Shown in pieces: positions 24,701 through 39,600 of a stretch of DNA of 64,000 nucleotides. The DNA comes from Auanema rhodensis (taxonomy: Eukaryota > Animalia > Nematoda): assembly GCA_964057225.1 (NCBI GenBank), contig OZ059894.1, positions 1,302,001 through 1,366,000 on the forward strand. The letters are read 5' to 3'. The notes under the pieces are model-generated. The model was not told where the DNA came from. It saw nothing but the letters and a program-made list of their open reading frames with translations, and did not search any database. Each line of letters begins with the position of its first letter. Position 1 is the first letter of the stretch. A program made the position numbers and the translations under genes.

Positions 24701-27700
24701 ACTCAACATTGCTTCCAAAAACATTTTGACAAAAATTTTTTCGAAAAATTTCAGAATAATTTAGCAAAAAGTAGATGTTTTTAGATTCCTTTTTTCAAGG
24801 CAAAGACGATGGACAATGTTATTCAACGAAAAAATTAATTCTTCAGGGTGAAAATCGAGGATATAAGTGTGAACTTATATCAGTTGATATCTCGGTGCAT
24901 TTTTAAGCTAGCGCAAATCTGATAACACAGATCGACGCAGCTTGAAAATCCGCATCGAATGCACTATACTACTTTGAGAAACGCTTAATACAAAAATTAG
25001 TTATGATCGTTTGAAAAATGATGCATTAGTGTATGTTGAGTTTCCATGTACACTCAACATTGCTTCCAAAAACATTTTGACAAAAATTTTTTCGAAAAAT
25101 TTCAAATTAATTTAGCAGAAAGTATATGTTTTTAGATTCCTTTTTTCAAGGCAAAGACGATGGACAATGTTATTCAACGAAAAAATAAATTCTTCAGGGT
25201 GAAAATCGAGGATATAAGTGTGAACTTATATCAGTTGATATCTCGGTGCATTTTTAAGCTAGCGCAAATCTGATAACACAGATCGACGCAGCTTAAAAAT
25301 CCGCATCGAATGCACTATACTACATTGAGGAACGCTTAATACAAAAAATTAGTTATGATCGTTTGAAAAATGATGCATTAGTGTATGTTGAGTTTCCATG
25401 TACACTCAACATTGCTTCCAAAAACATTTTGACAAAAATTTTTTCGAAAAATTTCAGAATAATTTAGCAAAAAGTAGATGTTTTTAGATTCCTTTTTTCA
25501 AGGCAAAGACGATGGACAATGTTATTCAACGAAAAAATTAATTCTTCAGGGTGAAAATCGAGGATATAAGTGTGAACTTATATCAGTTGATATCTCGGTG
25601 CATTTTTAAGCTAGCGCAAATCTGATAACACAGATCGACGCAGCTTGAAAATCCGCATCGAATGCACTATACTACTTTGAGAAACGCTTAATACAAAAAT
25701 TAGTTATGATCGTTTGAAAAATGATGCATTAGTGTATGTTGAGTTTCCATGTACACTCAACATTGCTTCCAAAAACATTTTGACAAAAATTTTTTCGAAA
25801 AATTTCAAATCAATTTAGCAGAAAGTATATGTTTTTAGATTCCTTTTTTCAAGGCAAAGACGATGGACAATGTTATTCAACGAAAAAATTAATTCTTCAG
25901 GGTGAAAATCGAGGATATAAGTGTGAACTTATATCAGTTGATATCTCGGTGCATTTTTAAGCTAGCGCAAATCTGATAACACAGATCGACGCAGCTTAAA
26001 AATCCGCATCGAATGCACTATACTACATTGAGGAACGCTTAATACAAAAATTAGTTATGATCGTTTGAAAAATGATGCATTAGTGTATGTTGAGTTTCCA
26101 TGTACACTCAACATTGCTTCCAAAAACATTTTGACAAAAATTTTTTCGAAAAATTTCAAAATAATTTAGCAAAAAGTAGATGTTTTTAGATTTCTTTTTT
26201 CAAGGCAAAGACGATGGACAATGTTATTCAACGGAAAAATTAATTCTTCAGGGTGAAAATCGGGGATATAAGTGTGAACTTATATCAGTTGATATCTCGG
26301 TGCATTTTTAAGCTAGCGCAAATCTGATAACACAGATCGACGCAGCTTGAAAATCCGCATCGAATGCACTATACTACTTTGAGAAACGCTTAATACAAAA
26401 ATTAGTTATGATCGTTTGAAAAATGATGCATTAGTGTATGTTGAGTTTCCATGTACACTCAACATTGCTTCCAAAAACATTTTGACAAAAATTTTTTTGA
26501 AAAATTTCAAAATAATTTAGCAAAAAGTAGATGTTTTTAGATTCCTTTTTTCAAGGCAAAGACGATGGACAATGTTATTCAACGAAAAAATTAATTCTTC
26601 AGGGTGAAAATCGAGGATATAAGTGTGAACTTATATCAGTTGATATCTCGGTGCATTTTTAAGCTAGCGCAAATCTGATAACACAGATCGACGCAGCTTG
26701 AAAATCCGCATCGAATGCACTATACTACTTTGAGAAACGCTTAATACAAAAATTAGTTATGATCGTTTGAAAAATGATGCATTAGTGTATGTTGAGTTTC
26801 CATGTACACTCAACATTGCTTCCAAAAACATTTTGACAAAAATTTTTTCGAAAAATTTCAAATTAATTTAGCAGAAAGTATATGTTTTTAGATTCCTTTT
26901 TTTAAGGCAAAGACGATGGACAATGTTATTCAACGAAAAAATTAATTCTTCAGGGTGAAAATCGAGGATATAAGTGTGAACTTATATCAGTTGATATCTC
27001 GGTGCATTTTTAAGCTAGCGCAAATCTGATAACACAGATCGACGCAGCTTGAAAATCCGCATCGAATGCACTATACTTCATTGAGGAACGCTTAATACAA
27101 AAATTAGTTATGATCGTTTGAAAAATGATGCATTAGTGTATGTTGAGTTTCCATGTACACTCAACATAGCTTCCAAAAACATTTTGACAAAAATTTTTTC
27201 GAAAAATTTCAAAATAATTTAGCAGAAAGTAGATGTTTTTAGATTCCTTTTTTTAAGGCAAAGACGATGGACAATGTTATTCAACGAAAAAATTAATTCT
27301 TCAGGGTGAAAATCGAGGATATAAGTGTGAACTTATATCAGTTGATATCTCGGTGCATTTTTAAGCTAGCGCAAATCTGATAACACAGATCGACGCAGCT
27401 TGAAAATCCGCATCGAATGCACTATACTACTTTGAGAAACGCTTAATACAAAAATCAGTTATGATCGTTTGAAAAATGATGCATTAGTGTATGTTGAGTT
27501 TCCATGTACACTCAACATTGCTTCCAAAAACATTTTGACAAAAATTTTTTCGAAAAATTTCAAAATAATTTAGCAAAAAGTAGATGTTTTTAGATTCCTT
27601 TTTTCAAGGCGAAGACGATGGACAATGTTATTCAACGAAAAAATTAATTCTTCAGGGTGAAAATCGAGGATATAAGTGTGAACTTATATCAGTTGATATC

Positions 27701-30700
27701 TCGGTGCATTTTTAAGCTAGCGCAAATCTGATAACACAGATCGACGCAGCTTGAAAATCCGCATCGAATGCACTATACTACTTTGAGAAACGCTTAATAC
27801 AAAAATTAGTTATGATCGTTTGAAAAATGATGCATTAGTGTATGTTGAGTTTCCATGTACACTCAACATAGCTTCCAAAAACATTTTGACAAAATTTTTT
27901 TCGAAAAATTTCAAAATAATTTAGCAGAAAGTAGATGTTTTTAGATTCCTTTTTTTAAGGCAAAGACGACGGACAATGTTATTCAACGAAAAAATTAATT
28001 CTTCAGGGTGAAAATCGAGGATATAAGTGTGAACTTATATCAGTTGATATCTCGGTGCATTTTTAAGCTAGCGCAAATCTGATAACACAGATCGACGCAG
28101 CTTGAAAATCCGCATCGAATGCACTATACTACTTTGAGAAACGCTTAATACAAAAATTAGTTATGATCGTTTGAAAAATGATGCATTAGTGTATGTTGAG
28201 TTTCCATGTACACTCAACATAGCTTCCAAAAACATTTTGACAAAAATGTTTTCGAAAAATTTCAAAATAATTTAGCAGAAAGTAGATGTTTTTAGATTCC
28301 TTTTTTTAAGGCAAAGACGATAGACAATGTTATTCAACGAAAAAATTAATTCTTCAGGGTGAAAATCGAGGATATAAGTGTGAACTTATATCACTTGATA
28401 TCTCGGTGCATTTTTAAGCTAGCGCAAATCTGATAACACAGATCGACGCAGCTTGAAAATCCGCATCGAATGCATTATACTACTTTGAGAAACGCTTAAT
28501 ACAAAAATTAGTTATGATCGTTTAAAAAATGATGCATTAGTGTATGTTGAGTTTCCATGTACACTCAACATAGCTTCCAAAAACATTTTGACAAAAATTT
28601 TTTCGAAAAATTTCAAAATAATTTAGCAGAAAGTAGATGTTTTTAGATTCCTTTTTTTAAGGCAAAGACGATAGACAATGTTATTCAACGAAAAAATTAA
28701 TTCTTCAGGGTGAAAATCGAGGATATAAGTGTGAACTTATATCAGTTGATATCTCGGTGCATTTTTAAGCTAGCGCAAATCTGATAACACAGATCGACGC
28801 AGCTTGAAAATCCGCATCGAATGCATTATACTACTTTGAGAAACGCTTAATACAAAAATTAGTTATGATCGTTTGAAAAATGATGCATTAGTGTATGTTG
28901 AGTTTCCATGTACACTCAACATAGCTTCCAAAAACATTTTGACAAAAATTTTTTCGAAAAATTTCAAAATAATTTAGCAGAAAGTAGATGTTTTTAGATT
29001 CCTTTTTTTAAGGCAAAGACGATAGACAATGTTATTCAACGAAAAAATTAATTCTTCAGGCTGAAAATCGAGGATATAAGTGTGAACTTATATCAGTTGA
29101 TATCTCGGTGCATTTTTAAGCTAGCGCAAATCTGATAACACAGATCGACGCAGCTTGAAAATCCGCATCGAATGCATTATACTACTTTGAGAAACGCTTA
29201 ATACAAAAATTAGTTATGATCGTTTGAAAAATGATGCATTAGTGTATGTTGAGTTTGCATGTACACTCAACATAGCTTCCAAAAACATTTTGACAAAAAT
29301 TTTTTCGAAAAATTTCAGAATAATTTAGCAAAAAGTAGATGTTTTTAGATTTCTTTTCTCAAGGCAAAGACGATGGACAATGTTATTCAACGAAAAAATT
29401 AATTCTTCAGGGTGAAAATCGAGGATATAAGTGTGAACTTATATCAGTTGATATCTCGGTGCATTTTCAAGCTAGCGCAAATCTGATAACACAGATCGAC
29501 GCAGCTTGAAAATCCGCATCGAATGCACTATACTACTTTGAGAAACGCTTAATACAAAAATTAGTTATGATCGTTTGAAAAATGATGCATTAGTGTATGT
29601 TGAGTTTCCATGTACACTCAACATTGCTTCCAAAAACATTTTGGCAAAAATTTTTTCGAAAAATTTCAAAATAATTTAGCAGAAAGTAGATGTTTTTAGA
29701 TTCCTTTTTTCAAGGCAAAGACGATGGACAATGTTATTCAACGAAAAAATTAATTCTTCAGGGTGAAAATCGAGGATATAAGTGTTAACTTATATCAGTT
29801 GATATCTCGGTGCATTTTTAAGCTAGCGCAAATCTGATAACACAGATCGACGCAGCTTGAAAATCCGCATCGAATGCACTATACTACATTGAGGAACGCT
29901 TAATACAAAAATTAGTTATGATCGTTTGAAAAATGATGCATTAGTGTATGTTGAGTTTCCATGTACACTCAACATAGCTTCCAAAAACATTTTGACAAAA
30001 ATTTTTTCAAAAAATTTCAGAATAATTTAGCAAAAAGTAGATGTTTTTAGATTCCTTTTTTCAAGGCAAAGACGATGGACAATGTTATTCAACGAAAAAA
30101 TTAATTCTTCAGGGTGAAAATCGAGGATATAAGTGTGAACTTATATCAGTTGATATCTCGGTGCATTTTTAAGCTAGCGCAAATCTGATAACACAGATCG
30201 ACGCAGCTTGAAAATCCGCATCGAATGCACTATACTACATTGAGGAACGCTTAATACAAAAATTAGTTATGATCGTTTGAAAAATGATGCATTAGTGTAT
30301 GTTGAGTTTCCATGTACACTCAACATAGCTTCCAAAAACATTTTGACAAAAATTTTTTCGAAAAATTTCAGAATAATTTAGCAAAAAGTAGATGTTTTTA
30401 GATTTCTTTTTTTAAGGCAAAGACGATGGACAATGTTATTCAACGAAAAAATTAATTCTTCAGGGTGAAAATCGAGGATATAAGTGTGAACTTATATCAG
30501 TTGATATCTCGGTGCATTTTCAAGCTAGCGCAAATCTGATAACACAGATCGACGCAGCTTGAAAATCCGCATCGAATGCACTATACTACTTTGAGAAACG
30601 CTTAATACAAAAATTAGTTATGATCGTTTGAAAAATGATGCATTAGTGTATGTTGAGTTTCCATGTACACTCAACATTGCTTCCAAAAACATTTTGGCAA

Positions 30701-31241
30701 AAATTTTTTCGAAAAATTTCAAAATAATTTAGCAGAAAGTAGATGTTTTTAGATTCCTTTTTTCAAGGCAAAGACGATGGACAATGTTATTCAACGAAAA
30801 AATTAATTCTTCAGGGTGAAAATCGAGGATATAAGTGTTAACTTATATCAGTTGATATCTCGGTGCATTTTTAAGCTAGCGCAAATCTGATAACACAGAT
30901 CGACGCAGCTTGAAAATCCGCATCGAATGCACTATACTACATTGAGGAACGCTTAATACAAAAATTAGTTATGATCGTTTGAAAAATGATGCATTAGTGT
31001 ATGTTGAGTTTCCATGTACACTCAACATAGCTTCCAAAAACATTTTGACAAAAATTTTTTCAAAAAATTTCAGAATAATTTAGCAAAAAGTAGATGTTTT
31101 TAGATTCCTTTTTTCAAGGCAAAGACGATGGACAATGTTATTCAACGAAAAAATTAATTCTTCAGGGTGAAAATCGAGGATATAAGTGTGAACTTATATC
31201 AGTTGATATCTCGGTGCATTTTTAAGCTAGCGCAAATCTGA
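21763..31241 (+). repeat. Segmental duplication copy A (27 monomers, 9,479 bp)
   Basis: Rare variants recur exactly 11,936 bp downstream: 21832/33768 A6 run, 23762/35698, 26498/38434, 27456/39392, 27970/39906, 28248/40184, 29257/41193. Confidence 0.92.
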
Positions 31242-33698
31242 TAACACAGATCGACGCAGCTTGAAAATCCGCATCGAATGCACTATACTACTTTGAGAAA
31301 CGCTTAATACAAAAACTAGTTATGATCGTTTGAAAAATGATGCATTAGTGTATGTTGAGTTTCCATGTACACTCAACATTGCTTCCAAAAACATTTTGAC
31401 AAAAATTTTTTCGAAAAATTTCAAATTAATTTAGCAGAAAGTATATGTTTTTAGATTCCTTTTTTCAAGGCAAAGATGATGGACAATGTTATTCAACGAA
31501 AAAATTAATTCTTCAGGGTGAAAATCGAGGATATAAGTGTGAACTTATATCAGTTGATATCTCGGTGCATTTTTAAGCTAGCGCAAATCTGATAACACAG
31601 ATCGACGCAGCTTGAAAATCCGCATCGAATGCACTATACTACATTGAGGAACGCTTAATACAAAAATTAGTTATGATCGTTTGAAAAATGATGCATTAGT
31701 GTATGTTGAGTTTCCATGTACACTCAACATTGCTTCCAAAAACATTTTGACAAAAATTTTTTCGAAAAATTTCAGAATAATTTAGCAAAAAGTAGATGTT
31801 TTTAGATTCCTTTTTTCAAGGCAAAGACGATGGACAATGTTATTCAACGAAAAAATTAATTCTTCAGGGTGAAAATCGAGGATATAAGTGTGAACTTATA
31901 TCAGTTGATATCTCGGTGCATTTTTAAGCTAGCGCAAATCTGATAACACAGATCGACGCAGCTTAAAAATCCGCATCGAATGCACTATACTACATTGAGG
32001 AACGCTTAATACAAAAATTAGTTATGATCGTTTGAAAAATGATGCATTAGTGTATGTTGAGTTTCCATGTACACTCAACATAGCTTCCAAAAACATTTTG
32101 ACAAAAATTTTTTCGAAAAATTTCAGAATAATTTAGCAAAAAGTAGATGTTTTTAGATTTCTTTTTTTAAGGCAAAGACGATGGACAATGTTATTCAACG
32201 AAAAAATTAATTCTTCAGGGTGAAAATCGAGGATATAAGTGTGAACTTATATCAGTTGATATCTCGGTGCATTTTTAAGCTAGCGCAAATCTGATAACAC
32301 AGATCGACGCAGCTTGAAAATCCGCATCGAATGCACTATACTACTTTGAGAAACGCTTAATACAAAAATTAGTTATGATCGTTTGAAAAATGATGCATTA
32401 GTGTATGTTGAGTTTCCATGTACACTCAACATTGCTTCCAAAAACATTTTGACAAAAATTTTTTCGAAAAATTTCAGAATATTTTAGCAAAAAGTAGATG
32501 TTTTTAGATTCCTTTTTTCAAGGCAAAGACGATGGACAATGTTATTCAACGAAAAAATTAATTCTTCAGGGTGAAAATCGAGGATATAAGTGTGAACTTA
32601 TATCAGTTGATATCTCGGTGCATTTTTAAGCTAGCGCAAATCTGATAACACAGATCGACGCAGCTTGAAAATCCGCATCGAATGCACTATACTACATTGA
32701 GGAACGCTTAATACAAAAATTAGTTATGATCGTTTGAAAAATGATGCATTAGTGTATGTTGAGTTTCCATGTACACTCAACATAGCTTCCAAAAACATTT
32801 TGACAAAAATTTTTTCGAAAAATTTCAGAATAATTTAGCAAAAAGTAGATGTTTTTAGATTTCTTTTTTTGAGGCAAAGACGATGGACAATGTTATTCAA
32901 CGAAAAAATTAATTCTTCAGGGTGAAAATCGAGGATATAAGTGTGAACTTATATCAGTTGATATCTCGGTGCATTTTTAAGCTAGCGCAAATCTGATAAC
33001 ACAGATCGACGCAGCTTAAAAATCCGCATCGAATGCACTATACTACATTGAGGAACGCTTAATACAAAAATTAGTTATGATCGTTTGAAAAATGATGCAT
33101 TAGTGTATGTTGAGTTTCCATGTACACTCAACATTGCTTCCAAAAACATTTTGACAAAAATTTTTTCGAAAAATTTCAGAATAATTTAGCAAAAAGTAGA
33201 TGTTTTTAGATTCCTTTTTTCAAGGCAAAGACGATGGACAATGTTATTCAACGAAAAAATTAATTCTTCAGGGTGAAAATCGAGGATATAAGTGTGAACT
33301 TATATCAGTTGATATCTCGGTGCATTTTTAAGCTAGCGCAAATCTGATAACACAGATCGACGCAGCTTGAAAATCCGCATCGAATGCACTATACTACTTT
33401 GAGAAACGCTCAATACAAAAATTAGTTATGATCGTTTGAAAAATGATGCATTAGTGTATGTTGAGTTTCCATGTACACTCAACATTGCTTCCAAAAACAT
33501 TTTGACAAAAATTTTTTCGAAAAATTTCAAATTAATTTAGCAGAAAGTATATGTTTTTAGATTCCTTTTTTCAAGGCAAAGACGATGGACAATGTTATTC
33601 AACGAAAAAATTAATTCTTCAGGGTGAAAATCGAGGATATAAGTGTGAACTTATATCAGTTGATATCTCGGTGCATTTTTAAGCTAGCGCAAATCTGA

Positions 33699-36600
33699 TA
33701 ACACAGATCGACGCAGCTTAAAAATCCGCATCGAATGCACTATACTACATTGAGGAACGCTTAATACAAAAAATTAGTTATGATCGTTTGAAAAATGATG
33801 CATTAGTGTATGTTGAGTTTCCATGTACACTCAACATTGCTTCCAAAAACATTTTGACAAAAATTTTTTCGAAAAATTTCAGAATAATTTAGCAAAAAGT
33901 AGATGTTTTTAGATTCCTTTTTTCAAGGCAAAGACGATGGACAATGTTATTCAACGAAAAAATTAATTCTTCAGGGTGAAAATCGAGGATATAAGTGTGA
34001 ACTTATATCAGTTGATATCTCGGTGCATTTTTAAGCTAGCGCAAATCTGATAACACAGATCGACGCAGCTTGAAAATCCGCATCGAATGCACTATACTAC
34101 TTTGAGAAACGCTTAATACAAAAATTAGTTATGATCGTTTGAAAAATGATGCATTAGTGTATGTTGAGTTTCCATGTACACTCAACATTGCTTCCAAAAA
34201 CATTTTGACAAAAATTTTTTCGAAAAATTTCAAATCAATTTAGCAGAAAGTATATGTTTTTAGATTCCTTTTTTCAAGGCAAAGACGATGGACAATGTTA
34301 TTCAACGAAAAAATTAATTCTTCAGGGTGAAAATCGAGGATATAAGTGTGAACTTATATCAGTTGATATCTCGGTGCATTTTTAAGCTAGCGCAAATCTG
34401 ATAACACAGATCGACGCAGCTTAAAAATCCGCATCGAATGCACTATACTACATTGAGGAACGCTTAATACAAAAATTAGTTATGATCGTTTGAAAAATGA
34501 TGCATTAGTGTATGTTGAGTTTCCATGTACACTCAACATTGCTTCCAAAAACATTTTGACAAAAATTTTTTCGAAAAATTTCAAAATAATTTAGCAAAAA
34601 GTAGATGTTTTTAGATTTCTTTTTTCAAGGCAAAGACGATGGACAATGTTATTCAACGGAAAAATTAATTCTTCAGGGTGAAAATCGGGGATATAAGTGT
34701 GAACTTATATCAGTTGATATCTCGGTGCATTTTTAAGCTAGCGCAAATCTGATAACACAGATCGACGCAGCTTGAAAATCCGCATCGAATGCACTATACT
34801 ACATTGAGGAACGCTTAATACAAAAATTAGTTATGATCGTTTGAAAAATGATGCATTAGTGTATGTTGAGTTTCCATGTACACTCAACATAGCTTCCAAA
34901 AACATTTTGACAAAAATTTTTTCGAAAAATTTCAGAATAATTTAGCAAAAAGTAGATGTTTTTAGATTTCTTTTTTTAAGGCAAAGACGATGGACAATGT
35001 TATTCAACGAAAAAATTAATTCTTCAGGGTGAAAATCGAGGATATAAGTGTGAACTTATATCAGTTGATATCTCGGTGCATTTTTAAGCTAGCGCAAATC
35101 TGATAACACAGATCGACGCAGCTTGAAAATCCGCATCGAATGCACTATACTACATTGAGGAACGCTTAATACAAAAATTAGTTATGATCGTTTGAAAAAT
35201 GATGCATTAGTGTATGTTGAGTTTCCATGTACACTCAACATTGCTTCCAAAAACATTTTGACAAAAATTTTTTCGAAAAATTTCAGAATAATTTAGCAAA
35301 AAGTAGATGTTTTTAGATTCCTTTTTTCAAGGCAAAGACGATGGACAATGTTATTCAACGAAAAAATTAATTCTTCAGGGTGAAAATCGAGGATATAAGT
35401 GTGAACTTATATCAGTTGATATCTCGGTGCATTTTTAAGCTAGCGCAAATCTGATAACACAGATCGACGCAGCTTAAAAATCCGCATCGAATGCACTATA
35501 CTACATTGAGGAACGCTTAATACAAAAATTAGTTATGATCGTTTGAAAAATGATGCATTAGTGTATGTTGAGTTTCCATGTACACTCAACATAGCTTCCA
35601 AAAACATTTTGACAAAAATTTTTTCGAAAAATTTCAGAATAATTTAGCAAAAAGTAGATGTTTTTAGATTTCTTTTTTTAAGGCAAAGACGATGGACGAT
35701 GTTATTCAACGAAAAAATTAATTCTTCAGGGTGAAAATCGAGGATATAAGTGTGAACTTATATCAGTTGATATCTCGGTGCATTTTTAAGCTAGCGCAAA
35801 TCTGATAACACAGATCGACGCAGCTTGAAAATCCGCATCGAATGCACTATACTACTTTGAGAAACGCTTAATACAAAAATTAGTTATGATCGTTTGAAAA
35901 ATGATGCATTAGTGTATGTTGAGTTTCCATGTACACTCAACATTGCTTCCAAAAACATTTTGACAAAAATTTTTTCGAAAAATTTCAGAATATTTTAGCA
36001 AAAAGTAGATGTTTTTAGATTCCTTTTTTCAAGGCAAAGACGATGGACAATGTTATTCAACGAAAAAATTAATTCTTCAGGGTGAAAATCGAGGATATAA
36101 GTGTGAACTTATATCAGTTGATATCTCGGTGCATTTTTAAGCTAGCGCAAATCTGATAACACAGATCGACGCAGCTTGAAAATCCGCATCGAATGCACTA
36201 TACTACATTGAGGAACGCTTAATACAAAAATTAGTTATGATCGTTTGAAAAATGATGCATTAGTGTATGTTGAGTTTCCATGTACACTCAACATAGCTTC
36301 CAAAAACATTTTGACAAAAATTTTTTCGAAAAATTTCAGAATAATTTAGCAAAAAGTAGATGTTTTTAGATTTCTTTTTTTGAGGCAAAGACGATGGACA
36401 ATGTTATTCAACGAAAAAATTAATTCTTCAGGGTGAAAATCGAGGATATAAGTGTGAACTTATATCAGTTGATATCTCGGTGCATTTTTAAGCTAGCGCA
36501 AATCTGATAACACAGATCGACGCAGCTTAAAAATCCGCATCGAATGCACTATACTACATTGAGGAACGCTTAATACAAAAATTAGTTATGATCGTTTGAA

Positions 36601-39600
36601 AAATGATGCATTAGTGTATGTTGAGTTTCCATGTACACTCAACATTGCTTCCAAAAACATTTTGACAAAAATTTTTTCGAAAAATTTCAGAATAATTTAG
36701 CAAAAAGTAGATGTTTTTAGATTCCTTTTTTCAAGGCAAAGACGATGGACAATGTTATTCAACGAAAAAATTAATTCTTCAGGGTGAAAATCGAGGATAT
36801 AAGTGTGAACTTATATCAGTTGATATCTCGGTGCATTTTTAAGCTAGCGCAAATCTGATAACACAGATCGACGCAGCTTGAAAATCCGCATCGAATGCAC
36901 TATACTACTTTGAGAAACGCTTAATACAAAAATTAGTTATGATCGTTTGAAAAATGATGCATTAGTGTATGTTGAGTTTCCATGTACACTCAACATTGCT
37001 TCCAAAAACATTTTGACAAAAATTTTTTCGAAAAATTTCAAATTAATTTAGCAGAAAGTATATGTTTTTAGATTCCTTTTTTCAAGGCAAAGACGATGGA
37101 CAATGTTATTCAACGAAAAAATTAATTCTTCAGGGTGAAAATCGAGGATATAAGTGTGAACTTATATCAGTTGATATCTCGGTGCATTTTTAAGCTAGCG
37201 CAAATCTGATAACACAGATCGACGCAGCTTAAAAATCCGCATCGAATGCACTATACTACACTGAGGAACGCTTAATACAAAAAATTAGTTATGATCGTTT
37301 GAAAAATGATGCATTAGTGTATGTTGAGTTTCCATGTACACTCAACATTGCTTCCAAAAACATTTTGACAAAAATTTTTTCGAAAAATTTCAGAATAATT
37401 TAGCAAAAAGTAGATGTTTTTAGATTCCTTTTTTCAAGGCAAAGACGATGGACAATGTTATTCAACGAAAAAATTAATTCTTCAGGGTGAAAATCGAGGA
37501 TATAAGTGTGAACTTATATCAGTTGATATCTCGGTGCATTTTTAAGCTAGCGCAAATCTGATAACACAGATCGACGCAGCTTGAAAATCCGCATCGAATG
37601 CACTATACTACTTTGAGAAACGCTTAATACAAAAATTAGTTATGATCGTTTGAAAAATGATGCATTAGTGTATGTTGAGTTTCCATGTACACTCAACATT
37701 GCTTCCAAAAACATTTTGACAAAAATTTTTTCGAAAAATTTCAAATCAATTTAGCAGAAAGTATATGTTTTTAGATTCCTTTTTTCAAGGCAAAGACGAT
37801 GGACAATGTTATTCAACGAAAAAATTAATTCTTCAGGGTGAAAATCGAGGATATAAGTGTGAACTTATATCAGTTGATATCTCGGTGCATTTTTAAGCTA
37901 GCGCAAATCTGATAACACAGATCGACGCAGCTTAAAAATCCGCATCGAATGCACTATACTACATTGAGGAACGCTTAATACAAAAATTAGTTATGATCGT
38001 TTGAAAAATGATGCATTAGTGTATGTTGAGTTTCCATGTACACTCAACATTGCTTCCAAAAACATTTTGACAAAAATTTTTTCGAAAAATTTCAAAATAA
38101 TTTAGCAAAAAGTAGATGTTTTTAGATTTCTTTTTTCAAGGCAAAGACGATGGACAATGTTATTCAACGGAAAAATTAATTCTTCAGGGTGAAAATCGGG
38201 GATATAAGTGTGAACTTATATCAGTTGATATCTCGGTGCATTTTTAAGCTAGCGCAAATCTGATAACACAGATCGACGCAGCTTGAAAATCCGCATCGAA
38301 TGCACTATACTACTTTGAGAAACGCTTAATACAAAAATTAGTTATGATCGTTTGAAAAATGATGCATTAGTGTATGTTGAGTTTCCATGTACACTCAACA
38401 TTGCTTCCAAAAACATTTTGACAAAAATTTTTTTGAAAAATTTCAAAATAATTTAGCAAAAAGTAGATGTTTTTAGATTCCTTTTTTCAAGGCAAAGACG
38501 ATGGACAATGTTATTCAACGAAAAAATTAATTCTTCAGGGTGAAAATCGAGGATATAAGTGTGAACTTATATCAGTTGATATCTCGGTGCATTTTTAAGC
38601 TAGCGCAAATCTGATAACACAGATCGACGCAGCTTGAAAATCCGCATCGAATGCACTATACTACTTTGAGAAACGCTTAATACAAAAATTAGTTATGATC
38701 GTTTGAAAAATGATGCATTAGTGTATGTTGAGTTTCCATGTACACTCAACATTGCTTCCAAAAACATTTTGACAAAAATTTTTTCGAAAAATTTCAAATT
38801 AATTTAGCAGAAAGTATATGTTTTTAGATTCCTTTTTTTAAGGCAAAGACGATGGACAATGTTATTCAACGAAAAAATTAATTCTTCAGGGTGAAAATCG
38901 AGGATATAAGTGTGAACTTATATCAGTTGATATCTCGGTGCATTTTTAAGCTAGCGCAAATCTGATAACACAGATCGACGCAGCTTGAAAATCCGCATCG
39001 AATGCACTATACTTCATTGAGGAACGCTTAATACAAAAATTAGTTATGATCGTTTGAAAAATGATGCATTAGTGTATGTTGAGTTTCCATGTACACTCAA
39101 CATAGCTTCCAAAAACATTTTGACAAAAATTTTTTCGAAAAATTTCAAAATAATTTAGCAGAAAGTAGATGTTTTTAGATTCCTTTTTTTAAGGCAAAGA
39201 CGATGGACAATGTTATTCAACGAAAAAATTAATTCTTCAGGGTGAAAATCGAGGATATAAGTGTGAACTTATATCAGTTGATATCTCGGTGCATTTTTAA
39301 GCTAGCGCAAATCTGATAACACAGATCGACGCAGCTTGAAAATCCGCATCGAATGCACTATACTACTTTGAGAAACGCTTAATACAAAAATCAGTTATGA
39401 TCGTTTGAAAAATGATGCATTAGTGTATGTTGAGTTTCCATGTACACTCAACATTGCTTCCAAAAACATTTTGACAAAAATTTTTTCGAAAAATTTCAAA
39501 ATAATTTAGCAAAAAGTAGATGTTTTTAGATTCCTTTTTTCAAGGCGAAGACGATGGACAATGTTATTCAACGAAAAAATTAATTCTTCAGGGTGAAAAT

